64,000 bases of DNA. Origin: Xylographa opegraphella. Taxonomy: Eukaryota. This document shows, in pieces, positions 24,794 through 38,516 of the stretch (position 1 is the first letter of the stretch; each line of letters begins with the position of its first letter). Both the position numbers and the translations under genes were made by a program. The notes under the pieces were generated by a model. The model worked only from the letters and a program-made list of their open reading frames with translations, had not been told where the DNA came from and searched no databases. The stretch is taken from contig JALDZX010000016.1 in assembly GCA_022813865.1 (NCBI GenBank), positions 62,001 through 126,000 on the forward strand. Direction: 5' to 3'.

Positions 24794-27700
24794 ATGTCAG
24801 ACGCAGCCTTTGAGGAAGTGAGGCGCTTGCAGCAAGAGCGCAATGCTGCGGCTGCTGGAAAGAAAGGTTCAAAGACTTTTGATCCATCCAACCAGCGAAC
24901 TGACGTATCGACAAAGGCTTCCCTGACTGAAAGCTTTGATACCGATCTTTACGAAAAGAATGGGCTTGATAAATTTGCCGGCTATAATACCACTATCGCT
25001 GTCGATGGCGAAGATGAGGATATGGCTGATGTGGATGGCGATGGTAGTCGCAGACTGGTAGGTCAGTATACGGCTACCAAAGACCAGATGAACGAGTTTG
25101 CTAGAGGTGGAGGAGTGGAGGAGGAGGATATTTTGCTTGGGCGTGAGAAGTCGGCTAGAATCGCGGATCGGGAAACTGACTATCAAAAGCAACGCCTAAA
25201 TCGTGGACCTCTGACTCCGACTCGAGCCGATCCTTTCGCAGCAAACCGCCAAGCAGGTGTTAAGGATGAGGGCCAAAGCTATAGAGAGATAATGGCTGCA
25301 AGAGACCTGGAGAAGGAGGAAGAAAGGGTCAGAAAACTCATCTTGGACAAGCAGGAACGGGGAGAAAGTGGCCCTATTGAGCACCAAGCAACACTGAAGC
25401 ATGAAGATAGTAGCGATAAGGAAAATCAAGAAGCTGGCTCTACTGTTGCAGTATCTTCCGGGCGGAAGCGTAAGCAACGCTGGGATGTTTCTAACGAAAC
25501 CACCCCCGCTCCAGAGAGTGGAAAGACAATCTCCAAAAGGTCTCGATGGGATGAGACACCTGTACCTGGCGGTACAGGAGTCGAAGCCACACCGAAACGC
25601 TCCCGATGGGATCAAGCACCGTCACTGGTTGGCGCTACACCAGTAGGCCAATCAGGCTTAACCACACCTATGCATCCTTCTCAAGGTATTGGTGCTGTCA
25701 TGCCTACAGCATTCGGTACCGATATCTCCTCGCGCAATGCACCGCTCTCCGATGAAGAACTTGACCTTATGCTTCCCAGTGAAGGTTATAAAATTCTTGA
25801 TCCTCCTCCAGGTTACGAACCAATTCGTGCCGCGGCTCGCAAAATGATGAGTACGCCCGCTCCTATTGCCAGTGCAGCTGGTTACGGTGGTTTTATGATG
25901 CAGGAACCTGAAGATGCTCGTCAGATGGGCAAGCAACTACCAACCGAAATTCCAGGAGTAGGAGATCTCCAATTCTTTAAAGCTGAGGATATGGCGTACT
26001 TTGGTAAATTGGTTGATGGAAGTGACGAAAATACCATGTCAGTCGAAGAACTCAAGGAGAGGAAGATCATGCGATTACTTCTGAAGGTAAAGAATGGGAC
26101 GCCACCAATGCGAAAAACCGCACTGCGTCAACTTACTGACAATGCACGCCAATTTGGTGCAGGTCCCTTGTTCAATCAGATCCTTCCTCTACTGATGGAG
26201 AAAACACTGGAAGACCAAGAGCGACATTTACTCGTCAAAGTTATCGATCGTGTTCTATATAAGCTCGATGACCTGGTACGGCCATATGTACACAAAATTC
26301 TCGTAGTCATCGAACCATTACTCATTGACCAAGACTATTACGCTCGAGTTGAGGGTAGAGAGATCATTTCGAATCTTAGCAAAGCTGCTGGACTGGCTCA
26401 TATGATCAGTACAATGCGACCTGATATTGACCATGTGGACGAGTACGTTCGAAATACTACCGCACGTGCCTTTGCTGTTGTTGCTTCAGCTTTGGGTATA
26501 CCAGCACTTCTACCATTCCTACGAGCTGTGTGTCGAAGTAAAAAATCATGGCAAGCTCGACACACCGGAGTCAAAATTGTTCAGCAGATTCCGATTCTTA
26601 TGGGATGTGCGATTCTACCTCACCTCAAAGGTTTAGTCGACTGTATAGGGGGGAATTTAAGCGACGAGCAAGCTAAGGTCCGAACTGTGACGAGCTTGGC
26701 AATTGCTGCTTTGGCAGAGGCCGCCAATCCTTACGGCATTGAAAGTTTCGATGAGATTCTCAACCCTTTATGGACAGGTGCCCGCAAGCAGCGTGGCAAA
26801 GGGTTGGCAGGCTTCCTTAAGGCTGTTGGCTACATCATTCCTTTGATGGACGAAGAATATGCGAATTACTACACCAGCCAGATTATGGAGATATTACTCA
26901 GAGAGTTCTCATCTCCAGATGAAGAGATGAAGAAGGTGGTTCTCAAAGTTGTCTCTCAATGTGCCGGCACAGATGGTGTCACTGCAGGTTATTTGAAGGA
27001 GCATGTGCTTAGTGAGTTTTTCAAGAGCTTTTGGGTGCGGCGAATGGCCTTGGACAAGCGAAACTATCGACAGGTAGTAGAGACAACTGTCGATCTGGGC
27101 CAAAAAGTTGGCGTTAGCGAAATTGTGGAGAGAATCGTCAACAACCTGAAGGATGAAAGCGAAGCCTACCGTAAGATGACTCTGGAGACGATTGAGAAGG
27201 TGATCGCAAGCTTGGGAGCTGCTGATATTGGCGAACGACTTGAAGAGCGGCTGATTGATGGAGTATTGCATTCCTTCCAAGAGCAAAGTGTAGAAGACAT
27301 TGTGATGCTCAATGGTTTTGGCACTGTTGTGAATGCCCTCGGCACTCGATGCAAACCATACCTTCCACAGATTGTCAGTACAATCCTGTGGCGTCTCAAC
27401 AACAAGTCAGCAACGGTACGACAACAAGCTGCTGATCTCATCTCACGTATTGCTATGGTCATGAAGCAATGCGGGGAAGATGCTCTGATGGGCAAACTTG
27501 GTATTGTGCTCTACGAGTACCTGGGCGAAGAGTATCCAGAAGTGCTTGGATCTATCCTTGGTGCCCTACGCTCTATCGTTACTGTTGTTGGAATCAACTC
27601 CATGCAGCCTCCAATCAAAGATCTCCTACCTCGACTCACCCCTATCCTCCGCAATCGGCATGAGAAAGTGCAGGAGAACACGATTGATCTCGTCGGCCGT

Positions 27701-28483
27701 ATCGCAGACCGTGGACCGGAGAGCGTCAACGCAAGGGAATGGATGCGAATCTGTTTCGAACTCCTCGACATGCTGAAGGCACACAAAAAGGGAATTCGCC
27801 GCGCTGCGAATAACACGTTTGGTTTCATTGCCAAAGCTATCGGTCCCCAAGATGTCCTTGCCACTCTTCTGAACAATCTACGGGTCCAGGAGCGGCAGTC
27901 CCGCGTATGCACTGCGGTTGCGATAGGTATTGTAGCTGAAACCTGTGCGCCCTTCACAGTGCTCCCGGCATTGATGAATGAGTACCGGGTACCAGAGCTT
28001 AATGTCCAGAACGGGGTCCTCAAATCACTTTCATTCCTCTTCGAATACATCGGAGAGATGGCCAAGGATTATGTCTACGCCGTGACACCACTGCTCGAAG
28101 ACGCCCTAATCGATCGCGATCAGGTACATCGGCAGACCGCGGCCTCGGTTGTTAAGCACATTGCTCTTGGCGTCGTGGGACTTGGCTGTGAAGATGCAAT
28201 GGTCCACCTCCTTAATCTCATCTTCCCCAATATCTTTGAGACGTCTCCTCACGTCATCGACAGAATGATTGAGGCAATCGATGCAATCCGTATGGCCGTC
28301 GGACCAGGTATCGTCATGAACTATGTTTGGGCTGGACTCTTCCATCCGGCTAGGAAGTGCAGAGTCCCATACTTTAGAATATACAACGACACATACGTAC
28401 AGGCGGCAGACGCGATGGTTCCGTACTACCCCAATATGGATGAGGAAAGACTCAATCGGCATGAGCTTGGGATTGTGCTGTAA
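24794..28483 (+). CDS. HSH155: U2 snRNP splicing factor 3B subunit 1, intronless
   Basis: Single ORF with RWD repeats, TP motifs, [17 protein letters not shown] and a long HEAT-repeat region near-identical to SF3B1. Confidence 0.98.
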   Translation: MSDAAFEEVRRLQQERNAAAAGKKGSKTFDPSNQRTDVSTKASLTESFDTDLYEKNGLDKFAGYNTTIAVDGEDEDMADVDGDGSRRLVGQYTATKDQMNEFARGGGVEEEDILLGREKSARIADRETDYQKQRLNRGPLTPTRADPFAANRQAGVKDEGQSYREIMAARDLEKEEERVRKLILDKQERGESGPIEHQATLKHEDSSDKENQEAGSTVAVSSGRKRKQRWDVSNETTPAPESGKTISKRSRWDETPVPGGTGVEATPKRSRWDQAPSLVGATPVGQSGLTTPMHPSQGIGAVMPTAFGTDISSRNAPLSDEELDLMLPSEGYKILDPPPGYEPIRAAARKMMSTPAPIASAAGYGGFMMQEPEDARQMGKQLPTEIPGVGDLQFFKAEDMAYFGKLVDGSDENTMSVEELKERKIMRLLLKVKNGTPPMRKTALRQLTDNARQFGAGPLFNQILPLLMEKTLEDQERHLLVKVIDRVLYKLDDLVRPYVHKILVVIEPLLIDQDYYARVEGREIISNLSKAAGLAHMISTMRPDIDHVDEYVRNTTARAFAVVASALGIPALLPFLRAVCRSKKSWQARHTGVKIVQQIPILMGCAILPHLKGLVDCIGGNLSDEQAKVRTVTSLAIAALAEAANPYGIESFDEILNPLWTGARKQRGKGLAGFLKAVGYIIPLMDEEYANYYTSQIMEILLREFSSPDEEMKKVVLKVVSQCAGTDGVTAGYLKEHVLSEFFKSFWVRRMALDKRNYRQVVETTVDLGQKVGVSEIVERIVNNLKDESEAYRKMTLETIEKVIASLGAADIGERLEERLIDGVLHSFQEQSVEDIVMLNGFGTVVNALGTRCKPYLPQIVSTILWRLNNKSATVRQQAADLISRIAMVMKQCGEDALMGKLGIVLYEYLGEEYPEVLGSILGALRSIVTVVGINSMQPPIKDLLPRLTPILRNRHEKVQENTIDLVGRIADRGPESVNAREWMRICFELLDMLKAHKKGIRRAANNTFGFIAKAIGPQDVLATLLNNLRVQERQSRVCTAVAIGIVAETCAPFTVLPALMNEYRVPELNVQNGVLKSLSFLFEYIGEMAKDYVYAVTPLLEDALIDRDQVHRQTAASVVKHIALGVVGLGCEDAMVHLLNLIFPNIFETSPHVIDRMIEAIDAIRMAVGPGIVMNYVWAGLFHPARKCRVPYFRIYNDTYVQAADAMVPYYPNMDEERLNRHELGIVL

Positions 28484-29131
28484 TGGATTGTTGTTGTAAT
28501 ATTAAGGCATGCTCTAGTTAGCTTGATAAACACAAAGACTGAATAGCGCGATAGATGTAATCATTGGCGGGCTCAAGCACGTATATCTTGTCTTATCAAA
28601 CAGTCGTGAGAAACTGTGCAAAGGGAGCAAAAGCCAGCTCCGATCATCGCAGCTCCCCCGCAATATCAACCAGATTTGTACCGAGCTAATGTAGTCAGTC
28701 TACGTAGTTCTTGTATTTAGACCGCTTGCAGGCCTTCCCTCGGCTGCTCAAACACGAAGTAATGATCTGAGATGGTACCCAGCTTTTAGGTGACAATGAC
28801 CTCTTTTCGCCAAGAATGACTTCTTGAAGTGTCACTCTCAGTCTGCAAACCAGAACAGCATTCTTACATATTTTCTGACTATCAAGTAGATGTCTCGTTG
28901 AGTTGGTCTCATGATCTCGTACCGAAGCTCTGCTGCTATCAACAAGTTGCTTTGGTTGTAGAAAACTCTGATGTATCTTATGCGAAGCCTTTTTGCCTGA
29001 TAGCTTTTCCAAAGCGTTCCTACGAGTTGCTCTTGTATCTAAATTTTCAAAAGTAATAGTGCTTGCGAGAAGAGAAAAGATCGAAGACCATTAACTCGCC
29101 CAACGAACTGCCAATTTGTTGAACAGCAGTA

Positions 29132-31722
29132 ATGGCACAGAGGCAAAACTTCGCAACTAAGCCTATTGCCAATTCGAAGGCCATAGTTGGTGGCGGGACC
29201 TGCAAGTACCGCTTCACAATTCTCACGGACGGGCTCCTCCGATATGAGTACGCAGACGACTCCGTTTTTGAAGACAGGGCTTCCACATTTGCTATCAACC
29301 GCGCTCTCCCAGTTCCGAAGTTCCGCATCGTGGAGTCGTCGGGTGCAGATCTCGAAATCATCACGGACAAGTTTCATCTTCGATATGACAAAACCAGATT
29401 CAGTGCCAGGGGCTTCTCGGTGCAATGCAGAGGCAACATCACCAGCTGGCACAGTATGTGGCGCTATGGAGACCAGAGCAATGGTCTGGGGGGCACCGCG
29501 AGAACGCTGGACGAGGCCAATGGCAGGATACCTGTGGGGCCCGGAGTGATCTCAAGGCAGGGTTTGGTCTCACTTGATGATTCTGATACTATGCTTTTCA
29601 CGGAAGATGGATGGGTGAGTGGAAGGAAACCAGGCGATAGGGTGGATGGTTATATATTTGCGTACGGGCATGATTACAGGGGAGCCATCAGTGCATTCTA
29701 TGCGGTATCCGGGAAGCAGCCATTGCTGCCACGGTGGGCATTGGGGAACTGGTGGAGTCGATATTACAAATATACTGCGGCTGAGTATCTTGCACTCATG
29801 GATCGATTCAAGGAGGAGCGAATCCCACTGAGCGTCGGTGTGCTTGATATGGATTGGCACCTTGTCGATGACGAGCGAGTGAGGAAGAGCGGGTCGAGCG
29901 GCTGGACGGGCTGGACCTGGGAGCGTAAGCTCTTCCCAGATCCGAAAGTCTTCCTCAAGGAATTACACGACAGAGACCTGAAAGTTACTTTGAACTTACA
30001 CCCTGCGGACGGCGTTTATAGTTACGAGGAGGAGTATGGGGCAATGGCCGAAGCATTGGGAAAAGACAGGGAAGAGGGAAATCCTATCGCGTTCGATATC
30101 GTCGACAAGAAGTTCAACGATGCGTACTTCGACATCCTTCTTCGACGGCGGGAGGAAGAGGGCGTGGACTTTTGGTGGGTGGACTGGCAGCAAGGTCAGC
30201 ATTCTCGTATCCCGGGCATAGATCCACTGTGGATGCTCAACCACTTCCATTTCCTCGACAACCTCCGCGATGGGACTCGCCCGCTCACATTTTCGCGATA
30301 CGCTGGTCCCGGTAGTCACAGATATCCTATTGGCTTTTCCGGTGATACGGTGGTTTCGTGGGAGAGCCTGGACTTTCAGCCCGAGTTCACTGCCACATCA
30401 TCCAATATTGGCTATGCTTGGTGGTATGTTACAGCTGGCTTCATCCTTAAAAGTGTATCGGCCCTTTCACAGGCTAACGCTGCAGCAGGTCCCACGACAT
30501 CGGAGGCCACTTCATGGGCTACCGAGACGATGAGCTGGCTGCCAGATGGGTCCAGCTTGGAGTCTTCTCACCCATCTTACGCCTCCACTCGTCGAACAAC
30601 CCGTGGAACAGCAAAGAACCATGGAAATTCACGCAAGAATCCCGCTCGACGATGAACGAAGCTCTGCGCTTACGGAACCGGCTGATTCCCTACGTGTACT
30701 CTATGAATGTTAGATCGGCCAAGGAAGGTCAGCCGCTGATCGAGCCCATGTACTACACCTACCCCGAACACGACGGCGCATACCGCGTGCCCAACCAATT
30801 CTCGTTCGGGTCACAATTGGTCGTCATGCCGATGACCACCCCCCGTGATCGCGTAACTCAACGAGCGCGAGCACGCGCTTGGTTGCCAGCGGGCCGGTGC
30901 GTCGACATCTTCTCCGGTGTCGTCTACGACGGCGACTGCGAGAAATGGGTTTACCGAAGACTGGAAGAGTACGCCGTGCTCGCTCACGAAGGTGCGATCA
31001 TCCCGCTCGACGCTGCCGAAGCGCCCGGCAACGGCGGACAGAACCCGACGACGCTGGAGGTGAAAGTGATCGTGGGCGCCGACGGTGCCTTTGACATGTA
31101 CGAGGACAACGGGCACGGCAACGGGGTCGACGACGTCGACTGGGCCGTCACGCCCCTCACCTTCGACCAGAGCCGCGGCGTCCTCTCCGTCGGCCCCGTC
31201 TCCTCCACCGCCTCCTTCCTGCCTCCCACGCGCACCTGGACCATCACCTTCCCGGCCTTCACCGCCGCGGAGCACATCCACGTCTCCACCGACGCGGACG
31301 TCCGCACCACCGACAGCGGCACCACCGTCACGCTCGCCGCGCTGCCCCTCTCCGCCACCGTCACCATCGGCCTCGGCGCCGACCCGCAGCTGGCCGTCAC
31401 CGACGCCGCCAAGCACATCTTCCGCGTCGTCGACGACGCGCAGATGGACTTTGAGCCGAAGAAGCTCATCTGGTCGGTCGTCACGAGCGATGCGCCGCTG
31501 GGGGTTAAGGTGGGGCAGTTGGCGACGATGGACCTGAACGCGCGGCTGCTGGGCGCGATTATGGAGTTCCTGTGCGCGGACTCGAGGCCGGTGGGTAAGA
31601 GGGAAGGGAGGGGCGGGAAGGAGGACGGGGCGGAGGTGAAGGAGGAAGTGGCCGCGAAGGACGAGGCGGAGGTGAAGGAGTCGACGGGCGGGTATGTCAA
31701 CCTGAAGCTGCCGATGGCATAG
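29132..31722 (+). CDS. Glycoside hydrolase family 31 (alpha-glucosidase/xylosidase-like)
   Basis: LGNWWSRY, VLDMDWH, WWVDWQQG (nucleophile region), FSGDT and WW/SHDIGG joined by intron 30424-30488. No obvious signal peptide. Confidence 0.92.
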
Positions 31723-32103
31723 TTAGGCGCGGCGAGGTTGCGCGTGCAGGAAGGGCTTCTGGCAATGTTCCCGCCCGTGGTAGGTTGGGACTGCGATGGA
31801 CGAAGCCCGGTGCGAACCGCTCGCGTGAGGAGGGATTGTTTGCGTATAGATTACCTACTCCATACTGGCTATTATTATTCGAACGAAGGAAGCGACAAGG
31901 GCTTCAGTCCCCCTCTCTCTAGTCAAGCCGTTGAACAAACATCCAAAACCCCTAGCCCTCAGCCCCTAGCCCGGCTCCCCTCCATCCATCCAAAAACCCA
32001 CTCCTCCCTCGTCCCGCCTCCCCAGTACGCCACACGAACGAAACGAACGGCATATCCCCAAACCCCCTGCAACCACACGCGGCGATGCCCCTCTCCATGC
32101 CAT

Positions 32104-32135
32104 TCACTTCACTTCACTTCACTTCACTTCACTTC
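32104..32135. repeat. (TCACT)n pentanucleotide microsatellite
   Basis: About six tandem copies. Confidence 0.9.
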
Positions 32136-33242
32136 CAATACCCATTTTCCCCCCCTTTCCGCTCAAGATCCTTCCCTATGAACGTCCCAGCTCACTCTAC
32201 TCTTACACTTACATTATCTCACCTTACCCGGTCCTGACTTGACATGCCTTAACCACCTTAGCGCACGGCCTCGACGGCCGAGGACAGGCCGCGCTAGAGC
32301 GAAAGAGGGCAAAAGGTGACGTCCCGAGCCCTAGGCTAGCCCTACTGTGGTAGGCGGGCGGGGACGCCACTGACGTTGGGTGTGGGGAAGTAGGGTAGCG
32401 TCGGGAGGGGGGGTGGTACGTTCGCGCAAGGTAGGTATGAATTCAAGATAGGTGACGGGGAGGGTCATGAGGGTCGTTAAGGGGGGGGGGGAAAGTGCGT
32501 CATTTTTGAATTTTGGATTTGGATTTGGAAGTGGTTTCGTGAATGGGCGTTCCGAGGGCAGAGAGGGGTTAGGGGGGGGAGGAGATCGTAGAATTCCGGA
32601 AGAATGATCACTGAAGACAGGCTTTGCAAGACGTCATTTTGAATGGATGTCGTGAGTTTTGTTCAAAGGCCAGTGAAACGATTGAGTTTGAGTACGAAAT
32701 ATTCGAAATTTTAATTGTTTTCGATAGATCTAGCTGGCTAGCTGTCTGATAGATTTCTAGAACAGCGTACCTCGAGAAAAACAACCACGCAGTGCGTTGC
32801 GCATCGCGCGTGTGGGGATATACGCGCCACTCATAGGCGAGAGGAGTAAAAATTACGAAGAGATTATTCGAAAGAAGACGCCATCGGGTCCACCATAGCC
32901 ACGTATACACACACACACACAAAGACTAAATAATACAGAGGTATTTCCAACCCATCATTCATTGCGCGTTTCCCCCAAAAGCCCGAACACAATTCGTCGT
33001 GATCGCTCCGCGGCACCGATATCGTACACAGCTGTCAACGCTGAAGAATGAAAACCCAGCACGTGTAGTGTAGTGACGGTCGAGAATGGGACAGAGCGCC
33101 GTTCTATGGTGGTGTATCGCTTATATCCCAATGCGGAAGAAGAGGCTGTAATAATACACAATCACAAAGTCGTAAAGTCGCTAGTCGCTAAATCGACAAA
33201 GAATGGAAAGTCGTGTGCGGGATTTCTGAAGCAACATATGTT

Positions 33243-34455
33243 CTAGCAGACCGATTTCTCGGACTGCCACGATCCCTCGGGCGAGCCGTGATCCGACAGG
33301 CGGTCGCCCTTGTGCACCTTACGGTGGCGGCGCAGGTTGGACACGACGGAGAAATTGCGGCCGCATCCGTGAACTTCGCATGCGAATGCTACCGAAACTG
33401 TTAGTTCAAGTATATCTAACATATGGTTTGATGAACGTACGCTTCTCGCCCGTGTGGCTGTACATGTGGGTTTGGAGCGAGCTCGGTCGCGTGAACCTCT
33501 TGTCGCAAACCTTGCACTTGTGTTTCTTCTGGGTGTTGGACGAGACTTTGGAGTTGAATGAGCCCATCATGGATTGCGGCGCCGGTGGTAGGTTGGAGCC
33601 GATGAGGCCGGTAGGTCTCGGTAACGTCCGCGATGAGATGTTCTCCATCTCCGAAGCCGAGCTGTAGTCTGTGGTGGAGGAGTGTACCGACGACGTATCA
33701 AAGTATTGAGGATACCCGCTTCCCGAAGAGATGGATGAGTGCGAAGAGTGTGTAGCCGGGAAGCCGTACGAGTCTGTGGTGCCCCGGTCCCCTTGCGGGC
33801 CATAAATGTTTCGAGGAGTCATGTCCTGGCTCATGGCCACCATGCCTCGGGCACCGTCGAGGGCGTCGCCAAAGGCTGATTGCGCCTGAGTGATGGGAAT
33901 GTTGCTGCAAAGAATCGTTAGCTTGCTGTGCCGGAGTACGAGCCAATGGAAAAAAACGTACGATTGCGAGAGTCGTCGGCCACTATCGTGTTGCTGGTGT
34001 TGATGTTGCGCTAACGACTGACCGTACGTACTGATGGGAGCATACGTTCCGGCATGTGTTGCATACGTGCTTGTTGACTGCGCTGGCGCGCTTGAGTAAC
34101 TGTGATCGTACACCGATCGAGAGGAGTTGAGGAGGTCTTGGGACGAGTTCAAGAGTTCGGACTGGCTGTACGGCAGGCCGTGGAAGTTCGCCGTCCCTAC
34201 GGATGGCGCGCTGGCAGGCACGGAGGAGTATGGCATCGCCATTGATGTTGTCCGCGACGTCTGCGGCTTCGATAACGGTTGATAGCCGAGCGTGGAGGAG
34301 GCGAGAGAGGTTGGAAAGAGTCCGGTGGGTGCATGTGCGGCAGAGGTGGCAGCCCACGGATCGCTGAACTGCGGTGGTCCGGTCGAGTACGACATGTGTT
34401 CGTAGCCCATCGATCCGAGATGGTGACGCTGCTGACTGTTCATGGTCATGGTCAT
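33243..34455 (-). CDS. flbC: C2H2 zinc-finger developmental regulator
   Basis: MTMTM...PPQFSDPW N-terminus; SKVSSNTQKKHKCKVCDKRFTRPSSLQTHMYSHTGEK/FACEVHGCGRNFSVVSNLRRHRKVH; two introns. Confidence 0.9.
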
Positions 34456-34795
34456 AGTGGTCGGTGGTGTGACAGAAAAAGGTGATGGCGTGACTGCGGT
34501 ATCATACAATGGGAAGATGGATGATCGAGTATGGTCTATGTGTTTGCTCACGCCGGGAAATGTTTGTGAAGCTTCCTTTTTTTTTGTTTTGAAGATCAAT
34601 TGTAGGATTGGAAGTGAAAAGAGCTTGGGGAATGTGTCAGGTTATGTAGATCGGTCCAGGAACACTATTCGCAGGCGGTGGTGTACACATCCTCCCAGGT
34701 GGTATGCGGACGAGCAGATTGAGGCAGCACCGATAGGTGTTAGGTTGGTCGGTGGCTTGCCCCGGCGTCACTGTCCGACAGGGGGGTCAGGGGGG

Positions 34796-34847
34796 NNNNN
34801 NNNNNNNNNNNNNNNNNNNNNNNNNNNNNNNNNNNNNNNNNNNNNNN
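34796..34847. other. Assembly gap flanked by poly-G
   Basis: Run of N. Confidence 0.98.
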
Positions 34848-35355
34848 GGGGGGGTGTGGTGGTCAGTGGTAGTGGTGGTGGTGGAAGAAAACGGGGGGAC
34901 GTCATATCGCTGCAGGGTTCGCGTGCTGACATCCATTAGCACGTCCATTGAGATTAGCCTCGTTCCGGCTGCTATCAATCGTGGTCTTGGCATCGAGGGA
35001 CGGATATGAAAGTGTGAAGTGTGCGAAGTGTGAAGCAACGAAGAACTCCTTCATTCTGTCACTCTCGTGTACATATGAACGTTATGGCAGGTATACTTTT
35101 TGGGTATCCCATGGCAGTGGTAACGTTCACAACGTCCATTAGCGACACATTCTTGGAAGAACCTAATCTCCCGAGTGAAAGTGCCCTTCCACCCCCCCTT
35201 GTCCACACGACACTCACTGAGCATGGAAATCAGAATGAGGCTGGTTGTTGCCCCTCAGGTTCTGGACTGTCGATTGGTTCTAAGAATAAATCACCAGACT
35301 GCGCATTACCGACAACATTGGGCGGCCGGCAATGCGCACCGCGTCCAGAAAGAGC

Positions 35356-35376
35356 GTGTGTGTGTGTGTGTGTGTG
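35356..35376. repeat. (GT)n microsatellite
   Basis: About ten GT units. Confidence 0.9.
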
Positions 35377-36617
35377 TTCGGATCATACCGACTATGTTTG
35401 GACGATGGAGTGCCGAGAACAACTCCCCTTGTCCCGTACGGTGAAGCCACGGAGTCGCCCGAGTTCGTCCTCGGAACTTGCCTTTGAAGCTGGATGGAAT
35501 CAGATAGCTACTGTGTATGCTACTGGGAAGGTAGCTACCGGCAAGCCTCTCGAGCTGCACGACGGGGTCCGTTTGCAGGCGCACACACTCTGAGTAAGGT
35601 ATGAAGCGGGGAGGCTATGCAAAATCATGTCAGTGGGGAAATCGTGGCCGTGTGATTGGACGAGAAGACTCCAAACGGGCCTTGGCTTTTTCCCTCTTTT
35701 CCTTCTCCCGACGCCCAGCCACCAATGCCCAATCGGGATGGTGCAAGAGGGTGGCGACTGCAGTAGTGCGAACGGCTGGCTTGGGTCCGTTGCAACTCTT
35801 TTGCCAGACCTTTCTCCCTTCGCGTGAGCACAGAGGCGTTCCATCGAACAAGAGGTCGAGTCTGACCATCCCTGCCGCCGGCTTATCTCCCGCCGCCTCA
35901 CTCATTGGGCGCCTCCTCTCCCGCTTTGAGCCTGTCGGTCGTACAAGGAGGTCGAGAAGGGGACAAGTGCTGGTGTCGTGGCGCTCGCTTCGTGCGTTGC
36001 TGCAACACTCCGTCGAGCGGAAACGATGTCATGGCGCGCCGAGCTGGTTGCACCCGCCCTCCCCTCTGAGACATGCTTGTCTTGAGCCCTGTGCGAGAGC
36101 GGGAGCCCGTCGGCGCATGATTGGCCACGAGAGAGGGGAAAGGTCGTCATTGCTGAGGTAAGCATTGTGCTGCTGTTCCCTCCAACGGGTGATGTCGCGA
36201 TAGCAGACACCAAGCCATCATTTCTCTGACTTGACCACCACCACCACCACCGGATAAGCCTCAGGACAACTCCTTTGACATCCTGCATTGTGTACGCCGC
36301 CCCAAGCAGGTCAGGGTAAATGCATTTACATAGTCCATACCTTACCCTTCCCCACTAGTCACCTTAACAGCCTAGCCGGAGCAGTAGGACTCCCTCCGTT
36401 GCAGCTGCTGCACTCTTGTCCATTCGGCGCCGTCACCCCAAATGCAAGCCAGCAGGGCAGCGTCGATCGCAGGCGTTCGGGCCCCAAAAACGCCATCGAG
36501 ACCCTGAAGCGTCCTTCGCTCAACGTCGCCCTACATCCGGCTTAGCGCCCAACGCCATTTCGTAGCCATGACCACCACCTCCACATCACCCGCCGAACAA
36601 CATCCCGGCACCCGATA

Positions 36618-36643
36618 TCAGGATTCAGGATTCAGGATTCAGG
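36618..36643. repeat. (TCAGGAT)n heptamer tandem repeat
   Basis: About 3.7 copies. Confidence 0.85.
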
Positions 36644-38459
36644 CAAAACAGAAGCCAGAGGAAATGCTCCGTTCGGGGGGTTTTGCATGACCTCAAATCC
36701 TCCCCCCAGTAGTCGTTGCTGATGCCCGGTGCAGCATCGCAAATTGCTCCACGAAACCCATCCTCACTTTTTTTCCTGCCCAACCGACCCGGGCACGATC
36801 GTCAGCGCAACCAAAAGCCCTGCAGCCCAAACCCCCCGGTGAGGAGGGCTGTGTTTCAGAGGGTTTTGCCGAAAGCGTGGTGCGGCGAATGAAACGTGGA
36901 GCTCTTCTTGCTTTCTTTCCCACCTTTTCTTTTCGGCTCCAGGAAGATCGCCACCCACAAGGCGGCCGAGCGCCTGGTGATCTTGCTCGCTCGGAAGGTG
37001 GACCGGATGGTCGCGCAGGGCAGGGCACGGGCCAATGCGGGCCCCGCGTGTGAAGATCCGGCTGCCGGTCGAGGTAAGGTAGACGACGCTGCTATTCTCG
37101 TGGGGGGAGAAAGAGAGGGGGCCGGGTGGCGATCAAAAGGTCTTTGCTGGCTTAGCAAGTCAACCCGTGGGGTAAGGTACAGTAATAGCACGTTCGAGAG
37201 AATACTAGGGCGAGCAAGGTACACCCGAGCAGCCGGTTGCTTGCTCGACGCACCAAAGCCCTATGATAGCCGAGTGGCAAAAGCCCCTCACATCGGGCGT
37301 CCTTGCTTCCAGAACCACGACGGAGGAATAAGTTGAACGGCTGATCGACCTGGATTTCACGGACCTGCTCCGCGGTGTCTCTATTTCGGGCACCACGACG
37401 ATCAACAACGACAACCAACAACAGTGATTAGGCCTGCTTACGGATAAGGTTTGCCCGGAAACGTGCCCACTACTGCCCGGGGGAGAGATGGGGATATGCT
37501 TAATTCGCGGTGGCGAACTGCCCGACCTTTTTTCCCCTTCCCCCACGACCACCCCCGTTTCCGATGTATCGAGTGCTGTACGAAAGTATTTCTCCGGCGA
37601 CGTGCCCGCCTGCCCATCATCCCCGACCTATATTTACCATCGACACCAGAGCCCGTCGCCGATCACCTTCCGTCCACCATTCCTTCCGTCTTCCCAAACC
37701 CGGAACTCCTCCGCAGTAGAGCATGTCCATCTCCCATCTCCCTTCACCCATCACGCCAACCCCCCCTCACCCCTCCCAAAATAGCCCCCGCCCAACCATC
37801 CTCCATGCACCATACACCACGTAACAACCCAACCCCCCCAAGCACGCCCCACGCTTCCCATCTCCAAAGAATAGCCCCCCCCCCCCCTTTCCCCGGCGAA
37901 ACCCCGCCCGGCTTCCAAGCCACGATCTTCGCCACCCGGATGCGCTCTACGGGTCCCCGAATCACCCAGCTGCTCACCCGACCGCGGCCCCGGAGCGGGG
38001 GTTGCGTGCTGGACGCGGTGGGGGGTTGGGATGTGGGATGGGGAGAGGCAGGGTGGGAGGGGGGAGGGGGTGATGATTCACGGTGGTGGAATCGAGAGGG
38101 GAGGGGTCGGAATGATGGCCGGGGCGGGTGGGCTGCGTGGATGGAGAGTGGTGGTGGTGGTGGGGTGGAGATGGGATGGGAAGCCGGGGAGGGAGAGGGA
38201 GGAAGCGGAGTGAACACTCGCCCCGCAGATATTGCACAGCGGATGCCACCATTCCAGCTGTGAATTAACAAGACCAAAGAAGTCGCCCGACCCGAGACCG
38301 TAGACGCGCACCGGAGTATGTACGCCGGATGCCATTCCAGCTGCACGTGAATGCGAAGCGCCTGGTACCGCTGATCGCGCACCCCACCACCGCCTGCTGC
38401 GCATGTCCTCTCCCTCCCGCTTTCCCTTTCCCGCTGACACCCCTCCCGCTGACCCCCCC

Positions 38460-38502
38460 NNNNNNNNNNNNNNNNNNNNNNNNNNNNNNNNNNNNNNNNN
38501 NN
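38460..38502. other. Assembly gap flanked by poly-C
   Basis: Run of N. Confidence 0.98.
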
Positions 38503-38516
38503 CCCCCCAACCCCCC

